Of a stretch of 64,000 bases of DNA, positions 29,416 through 39,421 are shown in pieces. Below the pieces are notes generated by a model that had not been told where the DNA came from, ran no database searches, and saw only the letters and a list, made by a program, of their open reading frames with translations. The stretch comes from Deltaproteobacteria bacterium (GTDB lineage Bacteria > Desulfobacterota_D > UBA1144 > Nemesobacterales > CSP1-2), in the NCBI GenBank assembly GCA_052390235.1, contig JBQTHB010000002.1, forward strand, positions 32,001 to 96,000, given 5' to 3'. The first letter of the stretch is position 1. Every line of letters begins with the position of its first letter. Both the position numbers and the translations under genes were made by a program.

Positions 29416-30447
29416 ATGAAAAAAATTCTGCGTCTCCTCTTTCTCTCCGTATTCGGTCTCGGTGTAGGATTAATAATAGCGGAGTTCGCGTCGCGGCTTT
29501 TTCTCCCCGCGCCCGTGCCTTGGAAATTCCCCCTGCTCAGGTACGAGGTGGCGGCTGACTGCGGTTACCGGTTTCAGCCGAATAGAGAGGGATACCAGCT
29601 CTCAGGGCTTGCCCGTATCAACCGAGACGGCTTTCGCGGGGGCGATTGGGAGATTGAAAAACCTGCGGGCGTGAAGCGAATCCTAATTCTCGGCGACTCC
29701 ATGGCATTTGGCCCTGGGATGAACGACGACGAGACTTTCACCGCTCTGATGGAGGCGTCTCTGAACGAGGGCGCGCCCTTGGGAACTCGCTACGAGGTAA
29801 TGAATTTCAGCGTGCCGGGATACGACACGGGGCATGAAATCTGCATCCTTGAGCGATACGCTATGAAATTCAAGCCCGATGCCGTGTTTCTCAATTTCTA
29901 TCTCAACGACCTCATCTACGTGCGCGACTACGGCGTCTATCCGCAACTGTTTAAACAGGGGGAGAAGGCTTTTAACGAGTCCAATTGGAAACGTCGCGAG
30001 CTTATACGCAAAAGCCGCCTCGTCATGACAATTTGGGATTTGATGCAGGCGAGAGCCGAAACCCAGATGACCCGAATCGTGCGCGCTTACGTCGAGGAGG
30101 GAGTCGCTCCGCCGAAGGGCAATGAGGACGGCTGGCAGTTTGTCGAGGGCAAACTCGCAGAATTTAAGAAACTCGCATCCGGCAACGGATTCAAACCCGC
30201 CCTTGTGATTTTACCTCTACCGCAGGAGGTGCAGGGGGCCGGAGGGAAATCCACATATCCCGAATACCTTAACCTCAAAGCCTCAGCCGCCGGAATTGAT
30301 TTCATCGAGATGCTCCCCGCGCTCAAACAAAGCGGCCTCACATTCAATGAAATTTTAATCCCCTACGACAACCATCTTAACCGAGAAGGACACCGCATTG
30401 CGGCACAGGCTCTAGCTGAGGCGGCAGCGAGGATGCTCGGCGAGTAG
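29416..30447 (+). CDS. Membrane-anchored SGNH/GDSL hydrolase-fold protein
   Basis: N-terminal TM segment; INRDGFRG; LGDSMAFG; YLND; DNHLN..GH; GGAGGT RBS. Confidence 0.85.
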   Translation: MKKILRLLFLSVFGLGVGLIIAEFASRLFLPAPVPWKFPLLRYEVAADCGYRFQPNREGYQLSGLARINRDGFRGGDWEIEKPAGVKRILILGDSMAFGPGMNDDETFTALMEASLNEGAPLGTRYEVMNFSVPGYDTGHEICILERYAMKFKPDAVFLNFYLNDLIYVRDYGVYPQLFKQGEKAFNESNWKRRELIRKSRLVMTIWDLMQARAETQMTRIVRAYVEEGVAPPKGNEDGWQFVEGKLAEFKKLASGNGFKPALVILPLPQEVQGAGGKSTYPEYLNLKASAAGIDFIEMLPALKQSGLTFNEILIPYDNHLNREGHRIAAQALAEAAARMLGE

Positions 30448-30513
30448 TAGCGCTCTTACCCCCACTGACCCCGTTGACCAAGCGCGGGGAGACACTGAAA
30501 AAACTGAGAAATT

Positions 30514-31317
30514 ATGGACAAGATAAGCCAAAAACACGAAAAACTAATTGCCTTGATAAAACCGCTCGAGTCCGCAATCATCGCCTTTTCGGGCGGCGTT
30601 GACAGCGCGCTTGTGCTGAAAGTCGCCTTCGCCACTCTTGGGAGCAGGGCTATTGCCGCCACAGCTGACTCCCCGTCCCTGCCGAGACGAGAGCTTCGAG
30701 AGGCTCAGCGGGTTGCCGAGTCCATCGGCGCAAGGCACGTCATCATCGAGACAGGCGAGATGCAGGATGAAAATTACGCGAAGAACCCTCCTAACCGGTG
30801 CTATTTCTGCAAATCCGAGCTATATTCAAAGCTACTGAAAATCGCCGCCCGCGAGGGAATATCCCATATTCTAAACGGGACACAGTACGACGACCTCTCG
30901 GACTATCGCCCAGGGCTTCTCGCCGCATCCGAGCAAAAAATCCTCTCTCCGCTTGCCGATGCCGGACTGTCCAAATCCGAGGTAAGGGCTTTAGCCCGCC
31001 TGCTCGGTCTCGAGGTGTGGGATAAGCCCGCAAGCCCTTGCCTCTCGTCGCGGATTCCTCACGGGAGCGAGGTTACGCCTGAGAAACTCGCCGCAATTGA
31101 ATACGCCGAGGAATTCCTGCGGGGGTTCGGCATCCGAGAACTGAGAGTGCGCCACTTCGGACTCCGCGCCAGAATCGAGACGGGGAGCGAGTACTTCTCC
31201 ACAATTCGAGATAACTTCGGCGTTATCCAAGACCGCTTCAAAGCCGCCGGATTCGCCCACATTGAGCTTCGGCAGTTCAGGAGCGGCGCTCTCAATCCAG
31301 CGCGCAGGGATTCATAA
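30514..31317 (+). CDS. larE: ATP-dependent sulfur transferase for NPN cofactor
   Basis: PP-loop AFSGGVDS; NPPNRCYFCK; DYRPGL; PCLSSRIPHG. Confidence 0.93.
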   Translation: MDKISQKHEKLIALIKPLESAIIAFSGGVDSALVLKVAFATLGSRAIAATADSPSLPRRELREAQRVAESIGARHVIIETGEMQDENYAKNPPNRCYFCKSELYSKLLKIAAREGISHILNGTQYDDLSDYRPGLLAASEQKILSPLADAGLSKSEVRALARLLGLEVWDKPASPCLSSRIPHGSEVTPEKLAAIEYAEEFLRGFGIRELRVRHFGLRARIETGSEYFSTIRDNFGVIQDRFKAAGFAHIELRQFRSGALNPARRDS

Positions 31318-31388
31318 TCCACAAAGCAGGAGGAATCCCCCTTTGCGATACTATTGAGGGGCAACCTCTCCAGCAAAACTAATAAATC

Positions 31389-32141
31389 ATGCAAAGAGAA
31401 AAAATCAGAGAAATCCTCGCCGGTGTGGAGCGCGGCGAAATTCCCGTTGACCATGCTCTAAAATCCCTTGAGAGGCTGCCTTTCGAGGACATCGCATTTG
31501 CCAATATTGACCATCACAGGGCTTTGCGCAAGGGCTTTCCCGAGGTCGTCTATTGCGAGGGCAAAACCCCAGAGCAGGCGGCGCAGATTATAGAGCGACT
31601 CTCGGAGACGGGAGACGTTCTCGCCACGCGCGCCTCGGCGGATGTTTTTCGGCTGGTTCAAACTGTAATTCCACGCGCCGAATACAGCGAAACTGCCCGT
31701 CTCATAGCCGTAAGGCAACCGGCCCAAGCAGGGGGGCGTACTCTGAAATCTGGGCTGATTCTCGTCATGAGCGCGGGAACCTCTGATATTCCCGTAGCCG
31801 AGGAAGCCGCCCTTACGGCGGAGGTCATGGGAAACCGCGTCGAACGGCTGTTCGATGTGGGAGTTGCGGGGATTCATCGCCTGTTTGCGAATAAGGCGAG
31901 AATTGACGGAGCGGCGGTGCTTGTAGTGGCTGCCGGAATGGACGGGGCGTTGCCCTCGGTTGTTTCGGGGCTAGTGTCGAAACCGGTTATTGCGGTGCCT
32001 ACGTCGGTCGGCTACGGGGCGAGTTTTAGGGGGATTGCCCCGCTTCTTGCGATGCTCAACGCCTGCGCGCCGGGGGTTGTCGTCGTCAACATTGACAACG
32101 GATTCGGCGCGGGATACTTCGCTTCGGTGATAAATAGCTAA
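31389..32141 (+). CDS. larB: NPN biosynthesis carboxylase/hydrolase
   Basis: DHHRALRKGFPEVVYCEGKT; AGTSDIPVAEEA; DVGVAGIHRL; AGMDGALPSVV; VNIDNGFGA. Confidence 0.95.
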   Translation: MQREKIREILAGVERGEIPVDHALKSLERLPFEDIAFANIDHHRALRKGFPEVVYCEGKTPEQAAQIIERLSETGDVLATRASADVFRLVQTVIPRAEYSETARLIAVRQPAQAGGRTLKSGLILVMSAGTSDIPVAEEAALTAEVMGNRVERLFDVGVAGIHRLFANKARIDGAAVLVVAAGMDGALPSVVSGLVSKPVIAVPTSVGYGASFRGIAPLLAMLNACAPGVVVVNIDNGFGAGYFASVINS

Positions 32142-32152
32142 TTTAACCGCCT

Positions 32153-32580
32153 CTGTCATTGTGAAGGCACAGAGGAATCTTATTGCCTTTCGACTCCGCT
32201 CAGGGTGAAGATTTCTCGCTATTGCTCGAAATGACACAGTGGGGGGCGAAAAGGAAAAATGACACAGTGGGGGACGTGCCGTTCCCAAAGCCATAACTTC
32301 TGTCATTTCCGCAAGCCTTCAGAGCGGGAATCCAATTCCTCTTCGCCCTGAGCGCTTCGACTAAGCTCAGCATAAACTACGTCGAAGGGAGCGGAGTCAA
32401 GCTCTGGATTCCCACTTTCGTGAGAATGACATACGAAGCTCCCGCTCGGTATGAAGCGTCTCCACCTCTCACCTTCTGTCATTCCGAACGCCCAGAGAGG
32501 AATCTTATTCAGGATTTCTCAGTCGCTACCGCACTCCATCGAAATGACAACCGGGGGGGCAAGAGGAGAAATGACACAGG
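32153..32580. repeat. REP-like palindromic array between larB and larC
   Basis: GTCATTTCCGCAAGCCTTCAGAGCGGGAATCC; CTTCGACTAAGCTCAG; GGATTCCCACTTTCGTGAGAATGAC; GTCATTCCGAACGCCCAGAGAGGAATCT. Confidence 0.85.
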
Positions 32581-32653
32581 CAGGCAGGGTTTCGAGATAT
32601 GACTTTTAATTACCGTTTTATTCGCATCTTCGTATTTTGGCGGCGCATATAAA

Positions 32654-33841
32654 ATGACTAAAATTGCGTATTTTGACTGCTCATCCGGCGTTTCGGGCGA
32701 TATGATTGTCGGCGCTCTGCTCGATGCGGGGTGCGATTTCGGCTTGCTACTCTCGGAGCTTGCAAAGCTCAATATTGCGGATTACTCGATGCGCTCGGAG
32801 AAAGTGTTGAGGGGCGGCATCTCGGCTACGAAATTCACCGTTATCGGGGGCGAGAAGTCCCCTCCGCGCCGGACTCTTCGGGACATTTACTCAATTATTG
32901 ATGCCTCGGCGATTGAAGGCGCGATTAAATCCGAAGCCAAGCGGATATTTCTATCCATAGCCGAGGCTGAGGCAAAGATTCACGCCAAATCTGCAGGTGA
33001 GATTCATTTCCACGAAATCGGCGCGGTTGACACGATAATTGACATTGCAGGCGCGCTCTTGGGGCTTAAAATCCTCGGCGTCCGGCGGGTATTCTGCTCA
33101 AGCGTGAATCTAGGAAGCGGCTTTGTCGAGTTCTCCCACGGCAGATTCCCCGTGCCTGCCCCGGCAACGGTGGAAATTCTGAAAAATATCCCGGTCTATT
33201 CGACTGATTCTCAATACGAGCTTGCGACCCCGACGGGCGCGGCTGTGATTGCGGTTTTGGCTGAGCGCTTTGGCGGCATTCCCCGGATGAAAATTGAGGC
33301 TGCGGGCTACGGGGCAGGCGCGAGGGATTTGCCCGCTCCGAATGCGCTTCGGGTGTTCATTGGCGAGGCGATGGATGAATTTGCCCCGGATGCGGGAGTG
33401 GTTTCGGTTATCGAGAGCAATATTGACGATATGAACCCGGAGATTTACGATTACGCTATGGGGCGGCTCTTCGATGAGGGCGCGCTTGATGTATATCTCA
33501 CGAATATATTTATGAAAAAGAATCGCCCCGCCGTGAAGTTGACCGTAATTTCCGCGCCTGAGTATCGGGATAAATTGATTGAAATTCTATTCCGCGAGAC
33601 GACCACCATCGGCGTAAGATGGCGCGATGAGAAGAGGGGTACTCTCCAGCGCGAGGTGATTGTGGCAAACACCGAGTTCGGAGCGGTGAGGGTCAAGGTG
33701 GCGCGTCTCGGGCAGGCGATTGTCAACGCCGCCCCCGAATACGAGGATTGCAGAAAAATCGCCGAGGCAAGAGGCGTTTCGCTGAAACTGGTATATAATT
33801 TAGCCTCGCAGGCGGCGGCAAAATTCATCGCCCGCGGATGA
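32654..33841 (+). CDS. larC: NPN nickel insertase
   Basis: YFDCSSGVSGDM; IHFHEIGAVD; PVPAPAT; TPTGAA; ESNIDDM; MKKNRP; ETTTIGVR; PEYEDC. Confidence 0.95.
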   Translation: MTKIAYFDCSSGVSGDMIVGALLDAGCDFGLLLSELAKLNIADYSMRSEKVLRGGISATKFTVIGGEKSPPRRTLRDIYSIIDASAIEGAIKSEAKRIFLSIAEAEAKIHAKSAGEIHFHEIGAVDTIIDIAGALLGLKILGVRRVFCSSVNLGSGFVEFSHGRFPVPAPATVEILKNIPVYSTDSQYELATPTGAAVIAVLAERFGGIPRMKIEAAGYGAGARDLPAPNALRVFIGEAMDEFAPDAGVVSVIESNIDDMNPEIYDYAMGRLFDEGALDVYLTNIFMKKNRPAVKLTVISAPEYRDKLIEILFRETTTIGVRWRDEKRGTLQREVIVANTEFGAVRVKVARLGQAIVNAAPEYEDCRKIAEARGVSLKLVYNLASQAAAKFIARG

Positions 33842-33845
33842 ACGG

Positions 33846-35567
33846 ATGATAATTCTCGGACTCAACGCATATCACGGGGACTCCTCGGCGTGTCTCGTCG
33901 CCGATGGAAAGCTCATTGCCGCCATCGAAGAGGAGCGTATTAGGCGCGTAAAGCACTGGGCTGGGCTCCCTACGGAGTCCGTGGCGTGGTGTCTTGGCTA
34001 TGCGGGAATTGATATTCGGGACGTTGACTATATTGCGATTTCTAAAAACCCCTCGGCTCATCTGCGCAAAAAACTGCTCCGAGTCCTGACGAAAACCCCA
34101 AGCCTCAATTTTCTTCGAGGCAGGCTTCAGAACGTCTCCAAAGTGAGGGATGTTAAAACCTCCATCGCCGAGGCATTATCAATTTCCCCCTCGCAAATCA
34201 GGGCAAAGCTCGAGAACGTCGAGCATCACAGGGCGCACCTGGCAAGCGCATTTTTTGTGTCCCCCTTCGACGATGCGGCGGCGGCGTCCGTTGACGGCTT
34301 CGGGGATTTTCTAAGCGCGATGAGAGGCATCGGCAGAGGGGGGAGAATTGACGTAATGGACGGAGTGGAGTTCCCTCACTCGCTTGGGATATTCTACACG
34401 GCATTCACGCAGTTTTTGGGATTCCCTAAGTACGGCGACGAGTATAAAATCATGGGGCTGTCCGCGCTCGGCGAGCCTGAGTATCTGGACAGTATGAGGC
34501 GGGTGGTCAAACTAAAGAAAAACGGTCTATTTGAGCTTGACCCGTCTTATTTTCTCCACGACAAAGAGGGCGTTGAGATGATTTGGGAGAACTCCGAGCC
34601 TGCGGTTGGGAGGCTCTATTCCGATAAATTATCCGAGCTTTTCGGAGCGCCGCGCGGGAAGGACGGAGACATCGGCGAGCGTCATAAGAATATTGCGGCT
34701 TCCGTTCAGGCGATGTACGAGGAGGCGTTTTTTCATCTTTTGCGAGACTTGCACGCGAAAACCGGTTTGCAGAGCCTAGCCCTTGCCGGAGGGTGTATTC
34801 AAAACTCCCTTGCAAACGGGAAAATATTCGCCGAGACCCCCTTTCAGCAGGTCTATATCCCCCCTGCGGCTTACGACGGCGGAACGTCGGTCGGGGCGGC
34901 TTTTTGGCTCTGGAACTCTATACTCAAAAACGGGCGCAGTTTTATAATGGACTCTCCGTACTGGGGGCCAGAGTTCTCCGACGCCCAAATCGAGCGCGCA
35001 ATGGCGGATGCCGGAGTCCACTTCCAGAAACTCACCGAAGACGCGCTCCTGCGCAAAACCGCCGCCGCTATCGCCGATGGGAAAATCGTCGGCTGGTTTC
35101 AGGGCAGAAGCGAGTGGGGCCCCAGAGCGCTGGGAAACCGGAGCATCGTCGTTGACCCAAGAAAAGCGCAGATGAAGGACATACTAAACGAGAGGATAAA
35201 GAGGCGAGAGAACTTCCGCCCATTTGCCCCGTCCGTGCTGGAGGAGCGCGCCCCGGAGTGGTTCGAGAATTCTCACCCCGTGCCGTTCATGGAAAAGGTC
35301 TATGGGATTCGTCCGCAGATGCGTAAATTTATCCCGGCTGTGGTTCACGCCGACGGCACAGGGCGGCTTCAGACCGTGTCGCGGCAGATGAATCCTAAAT
35401 ACTACCGGCTGATAGAGGAATTCTATAGGCTCACGAAAGTTCCCATGGCACTCAATACGTCATTCAACGAGAACGAGCCGATGGTAAACACCCCGGCTGA
35501 GGCGATACGCTGCTTCCTCAGAACTAAGATGGATGTGCTTGCGATAGGCGATTATTATGTTAAATGA
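33846..35567 (+). CDS. Second O-carbamoyltransferase (NodU/CmcH family)
   Basis: ILGLNAYHGDSSA, EEERIRRVKH, HHRAHLAS, GPRALGNRS, RENFRPFAP, LNTSFN. Confidence 0.95.
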   Translation: MIILGLNAYHGDSSACLVADGKLIAAIEEERIRRVKHWAGLPTESVAWCLGYAGIDIRDVDYIAISKNPSAHLRKKLLRVLTKTPSLNFLRGRLQNVSKVRDVKTSIAEALSISPSQIRAKLENVEHHRAHLASAFFVSPFDDAAAASVDGFGDFLSAMRGIGRGGRIDVMDGVEFPHSLGIFYTAFTQFLGFPKYGDEYKIMGLSALGEPEYLDSMRRVVKLKKNGLFELDPSYFLHDKEGVEMIWENSEPAVGRLYSDKLSELFGAPRGKDGDIGERHKNIAASVQAMYEEAFFHLLRDLHAKTGLQSLALAGGCIQNSLANGKIFAETPFQQVYIPPAAYDGGTSVGAAFWLWNSILKNGRSFIMDSPYWGPEFSDAQIERAMADAGVHFQKLTEDALLRKTAAAIADGKIVGWFQGRSEWGPRALGNRSIVVDPRKAQMKDILNERIKRRENFRPFAPSVLEERAPEWFENSHPVPFMEKVYGIRPQMRKFIPAVVHADGTGRLQTVSRQMNPKYYRLIEEFYRLTKVPMALNTSFNENEPMVNTPAEAIRCFLRTKMDVLAIGDYYVK

Positions 35568-35629
35568 CAACCTCGGATGCGCCATTGCGGGGGAGTATCC
35601 CGAATGAACACTGAGGTAAGCAGAGCGGC

Positions 35630-35850
35630 TAGTGTCATTCCGAACGCAGTGAGGAATCCTCTTTGAGATTTCTCGCTACACTCGAAATGACAGGGGCTAG
35701 GGGCGAATGGGCAAAACGACAGGGGGGAGGGCGTCATTCCCGCAATTCATCACTCTCTGTCATTCCCGCAAGCCTTCTGAGCGGGAGTCCGTTTCTCTTC
35801 ATAGTGAGTCCTTCGATAAACTCAGGATAAACTCCGTCGAGCTATGGATT
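35630..35850. repeat. REP-like palindromic array
   Basis: GTCATTCCGAACGCAGTGAGGAATCC; AGATTTCTCGCTACACTCGAAATGAC; GTCATTCCCGCAAGCCTTCTGAGCGGGAGTCC. Confidence 0.8.
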
Positions 35851-35882
35851 CTCGCCACAAAACTTGGCATAGAAATTAGGCT

Positions 35883-36640
<758 letters not shown>

Positions 36641-36644
<4 letters not shown>

Positions 36645-37684
36645 AAAAAGCCCTCATCACAGGCATCACCGGACAGGACGGCTCGTATCTTGCCGAGCTT
36701 CTGCTGTCCAAAAATTACGAGGTGCATGGGCTAATTCGCCGCTCCAGCGCCTTTAACACCGGACGCATTGAACACATATACGTTGACCCGCACGACCCCG
36801 GCGCAAGGCTCTTTCTCCACTACGGAGACCTCGGCGACTCGGGACAGCTCACGAACCTCATCTATAACGTAAAGCCCGATGAAATCTATCACCTCGCCGC
36901 CCAAAGCCATGTGAGAGTGAGCTTCGATATTCCCGAATACAGCGGCGACATCACCGGACTTGCCACGGTGAGAATACTAGAGTCCGTGCGCCGGAGCGGG
37001 ATAAAATGCCGTTTCTATCAGGCTTCGAGTAGCGAGATGTTCGGCGCGTCCCCTCCGCCGCAAGACGAGCAAACCATTTTTCACCCCCGAAGCCCCTACG
37101 CCTGCGCCAAGCTCATGGCCCACTGGACTACGGTCAATTACCGCGACGGCTACGGGATGTTCGCCGTGAGCGGAATCCTCTTTAACCACGAATCCCCGCG
37201 CCGGAGCGAGACCTTCGTTACACGCAAGATTACGCGCGGTATTGCCGCCATCGCCGCCGGACGGCAGAGGCATCTCTATCTTGGGAATCTCGAATCCAAG
37301 AGGGATTGGGGATTCGCCCCGGAATACGTCGAGATGATGTGGAATATGCTTCAGCAGGACTCTCCCCATGATTTCGTCATCGGCACGGGCGAGGCATGGA
37401 GCGTGAGGGAATTTCTGGAGGAGGCTTTCACCTACGCGGGGCTGGATTGGCGGGAGCATATAAAAATTGACCCTAAGTATTTTCGCCCGACTGAGGTTGA
37501 GAGCCTGCTGGCTGATTTTAGCAAGGCTCGGCGGGCGTTCGGATGGGAGCCGCGGGTAAAATTCCGAGACCTAGTGCGGATAATGGTTGACGCGGACATG
37601 AAGAGGGCAAACCTCAAACCCCTCGGCAAGGGGGATGAGATTCTCGCCCGCAAATTCCCTGCCCGCTGGTGGAAGGCGGATTGA
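36641..37684 (+). CDS. gmd: GDP-mannose 4,6-dehydratase
   Basis: [46 protein letters not shown]. Confidence 0.97.
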
Positions 37685-37845
37685 TTCGCGGCGCGCGGGT
37701 CTGGTATTCTCCGCAATAGGGATTTAAATCGAGATGTTTCTGCGCCGATGCCCCGGAATGGCAAATAGAGCGCCGCATATTGCACCGCGCATCATGAATT
37801 GCGCATAGGCTCTCCGGGGCAAATAGAGATGTTGAAAGGGGATTT

Positions 37846-38799
37846 ATGGCTACAGCGCTTACAAATAAACGCGTCCTAGTAACCGGAGGAGCGGGATTCC
37901 TCGGCTCTTTCGTCGTCGAATCGCTCATTCGGCGGGGGGTTAAGCCCGAGCATATAAGAGTTCCACGAAGCAGGGATTGCGATTTGCGCCTGCGGGAAAA
38001 CTGCCGAAGGGCCGTCGAGGGGGTGGATGTTGTGATTCATCTCGCGGCGAGAGTGGGCGGCATCGGGTTTAATTTAAAGTATCCGGCGTCGCTTTTCTAC
38101 GACAACGCCATCATCGGCATAGAACTGATGGAGGCCTCGCGCCTCGCCGGAGCGGAGAAATTCGTCGCCGTAGGGACTGTGTGCGGCTATCCGAAGTTTA
38201 GCCCAGTCCCGTTTTCGGAGGACGATTTCTGGGACGGCTATCCGGAGGAGACAAACGCCCCCTACGGGCTTGCCAAGAAAATGCTCCTCGTGCAGGCGCA
38301 ATCCTATCGTAAGCAGTACGGCTTTAACGCGGTGTATCTCGTGCCTGTCAACCTCTATGGTCCGCGAGACCACTTCGACCCCGAAGATGCCCATGTCATC
38401 CCCGCGCTGATTCTCAAATTCTCGGAGGCAAAGAGTCGGGGGGCAAAGAGCGTTACGGCTTGGGGAACAGGCTCTGCGTCCCGCGAATTCCTCTATGTTG
38501 AGGACGCCGCTGAGGGGATTATTCTCGCCGCTGAGAGATACGAGGGGAGCGAACCTGTAAATATCGGCTCAGGCGCGGAGATTTTAATACGGGATTTAGT
38601 CTATTTAATTCGCAATACCGTTGGCTACGAGGGCGAAGTCCTCTGGGACGCTTCCAAGCCCGATGGCCAGCCCAAGAGGATGCTCGATGTGTCGCGGGCA
38701 AAGAGAGACTTTGGCTTTGAGGCGAAAACCCCTTTTAGCGAGGGGCTTCGGAGGACAATTGATTGGTATAGAGAGAATTCAATCCGCCATGGACTCTAA
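37846..38799 (+). CDS. fcl: GDP-L-fucose synthase family
   Basis: [42 protein letters not shown]. Confidence 0.9.
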   Translation: MATALTNKRVLVTGGAGFLGSFVVESLIRRGVKPEHIRVPRSRDCDLRLRENCRRAVEGVDVVIHLAARVGGIGFNLKYPASLFYDNAIIGIELMEASRLAGAEKFVAVGTVCGYPKFSPVPFSEDDFWDGYPEETNAPYGLAKKMLLVQAQSYRKQYGFNAVYLVPVNLYGPRDHFDPEDAHVIPALILKFSEAKSRGAKSVTAWGTGSASREFLYVEDAAEGIILAAERYEGSEPVNIGSGAEILIRDLVYLIRNTVGYEGEVLWDASKPDGQPKRMLDVSRAKRDFGFEAKTPFSEGLRRTIDWYRENSIRHGL

Positions 38800-39421
38800 T
38801 ACTGATACTGCGCTGAAGCGTCCGTTTGATATTGCCCTCTCTCTTGCGGGGATAGCTCTCTCGCTTCCGCTGTGGGTGCTCATTGCCGCCGCCGTGAAGA
38901 TAGAAGACGGGGGCCCCGTGTTTTATCGCTCCAAGCGGGTAGGGCGCGGGGGGAGGGTTTTTGAGACGTTTAAATTTCGCTCGATGATAGCCGATTCTGA
39001 CAGTATATTTGGCCCCGCCCAGGCCCGAGAAGGCGATAAGCGCATCACTAGGACGGGCAGGATTCTAAGGGCAACTGCGATGGACGAGCTTCCACAGCTC
39101 ATCAATATTCTAAGAGGGGATATGAGTTTCGTGGGGCCCAGAGCGCTGATGCCCGCTGAAATTGAGATTCAGGGGGCGGATTCGGATAGAGCCGCGCCGC
39201 TTTCGGAAATTCCTGGCTACGCCGAGCGCCACTCGGTACGACCTGGGCTTACGGGTATAGCTCAGATTTACGCGCCGAGGGATATATCTCGCCGCAATAA
39301 ATTCCGCTACGACCTCGTCTATATACGCCGCCCCAGCTTCGCACTCGACCTTAGGCTGATAGCGCTTTCGTTTTGGATAACCTTTAGGGGCAAGTGGGAG
39401 TCGAGAGGGAGGAAATTCTGA
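38789..39421 (+). CDS. Bacterial sugar transferase (priming phosphoglycosyl transferase)
   Basis: [35 protein letters not shown]. Confidence 0.9.
   Translation: MDSNTDTALKRPFDIALSLAGIALSLPLWVLIAAAVKIEDGGPVFYRSKRVGRGGRVFETFKFRSMIADSDSIFGPAQAREGDKRITRTGRILRATAMDELPQLINILRGDMSFVGPRALMPAEIEIQGADSDRAAPLSEIPGYAERHSVRPGLTGIAQIYAPRDISRRNKFRYDLVYIRRPSFALDLRLIALSFWITFRGKWESRGRKF

Noticed and set aside
26580..30447. Saxitoxin biosynthesis cluster
   Set aside because: No sxtA, sxtG or other core genes; the context is polysaccharide synthesis.
30514..33841. Ordinary lactate racemase operon
   Set aside because: No larA, lactate channel or larR in the window; a distant larA cannot be excluded.
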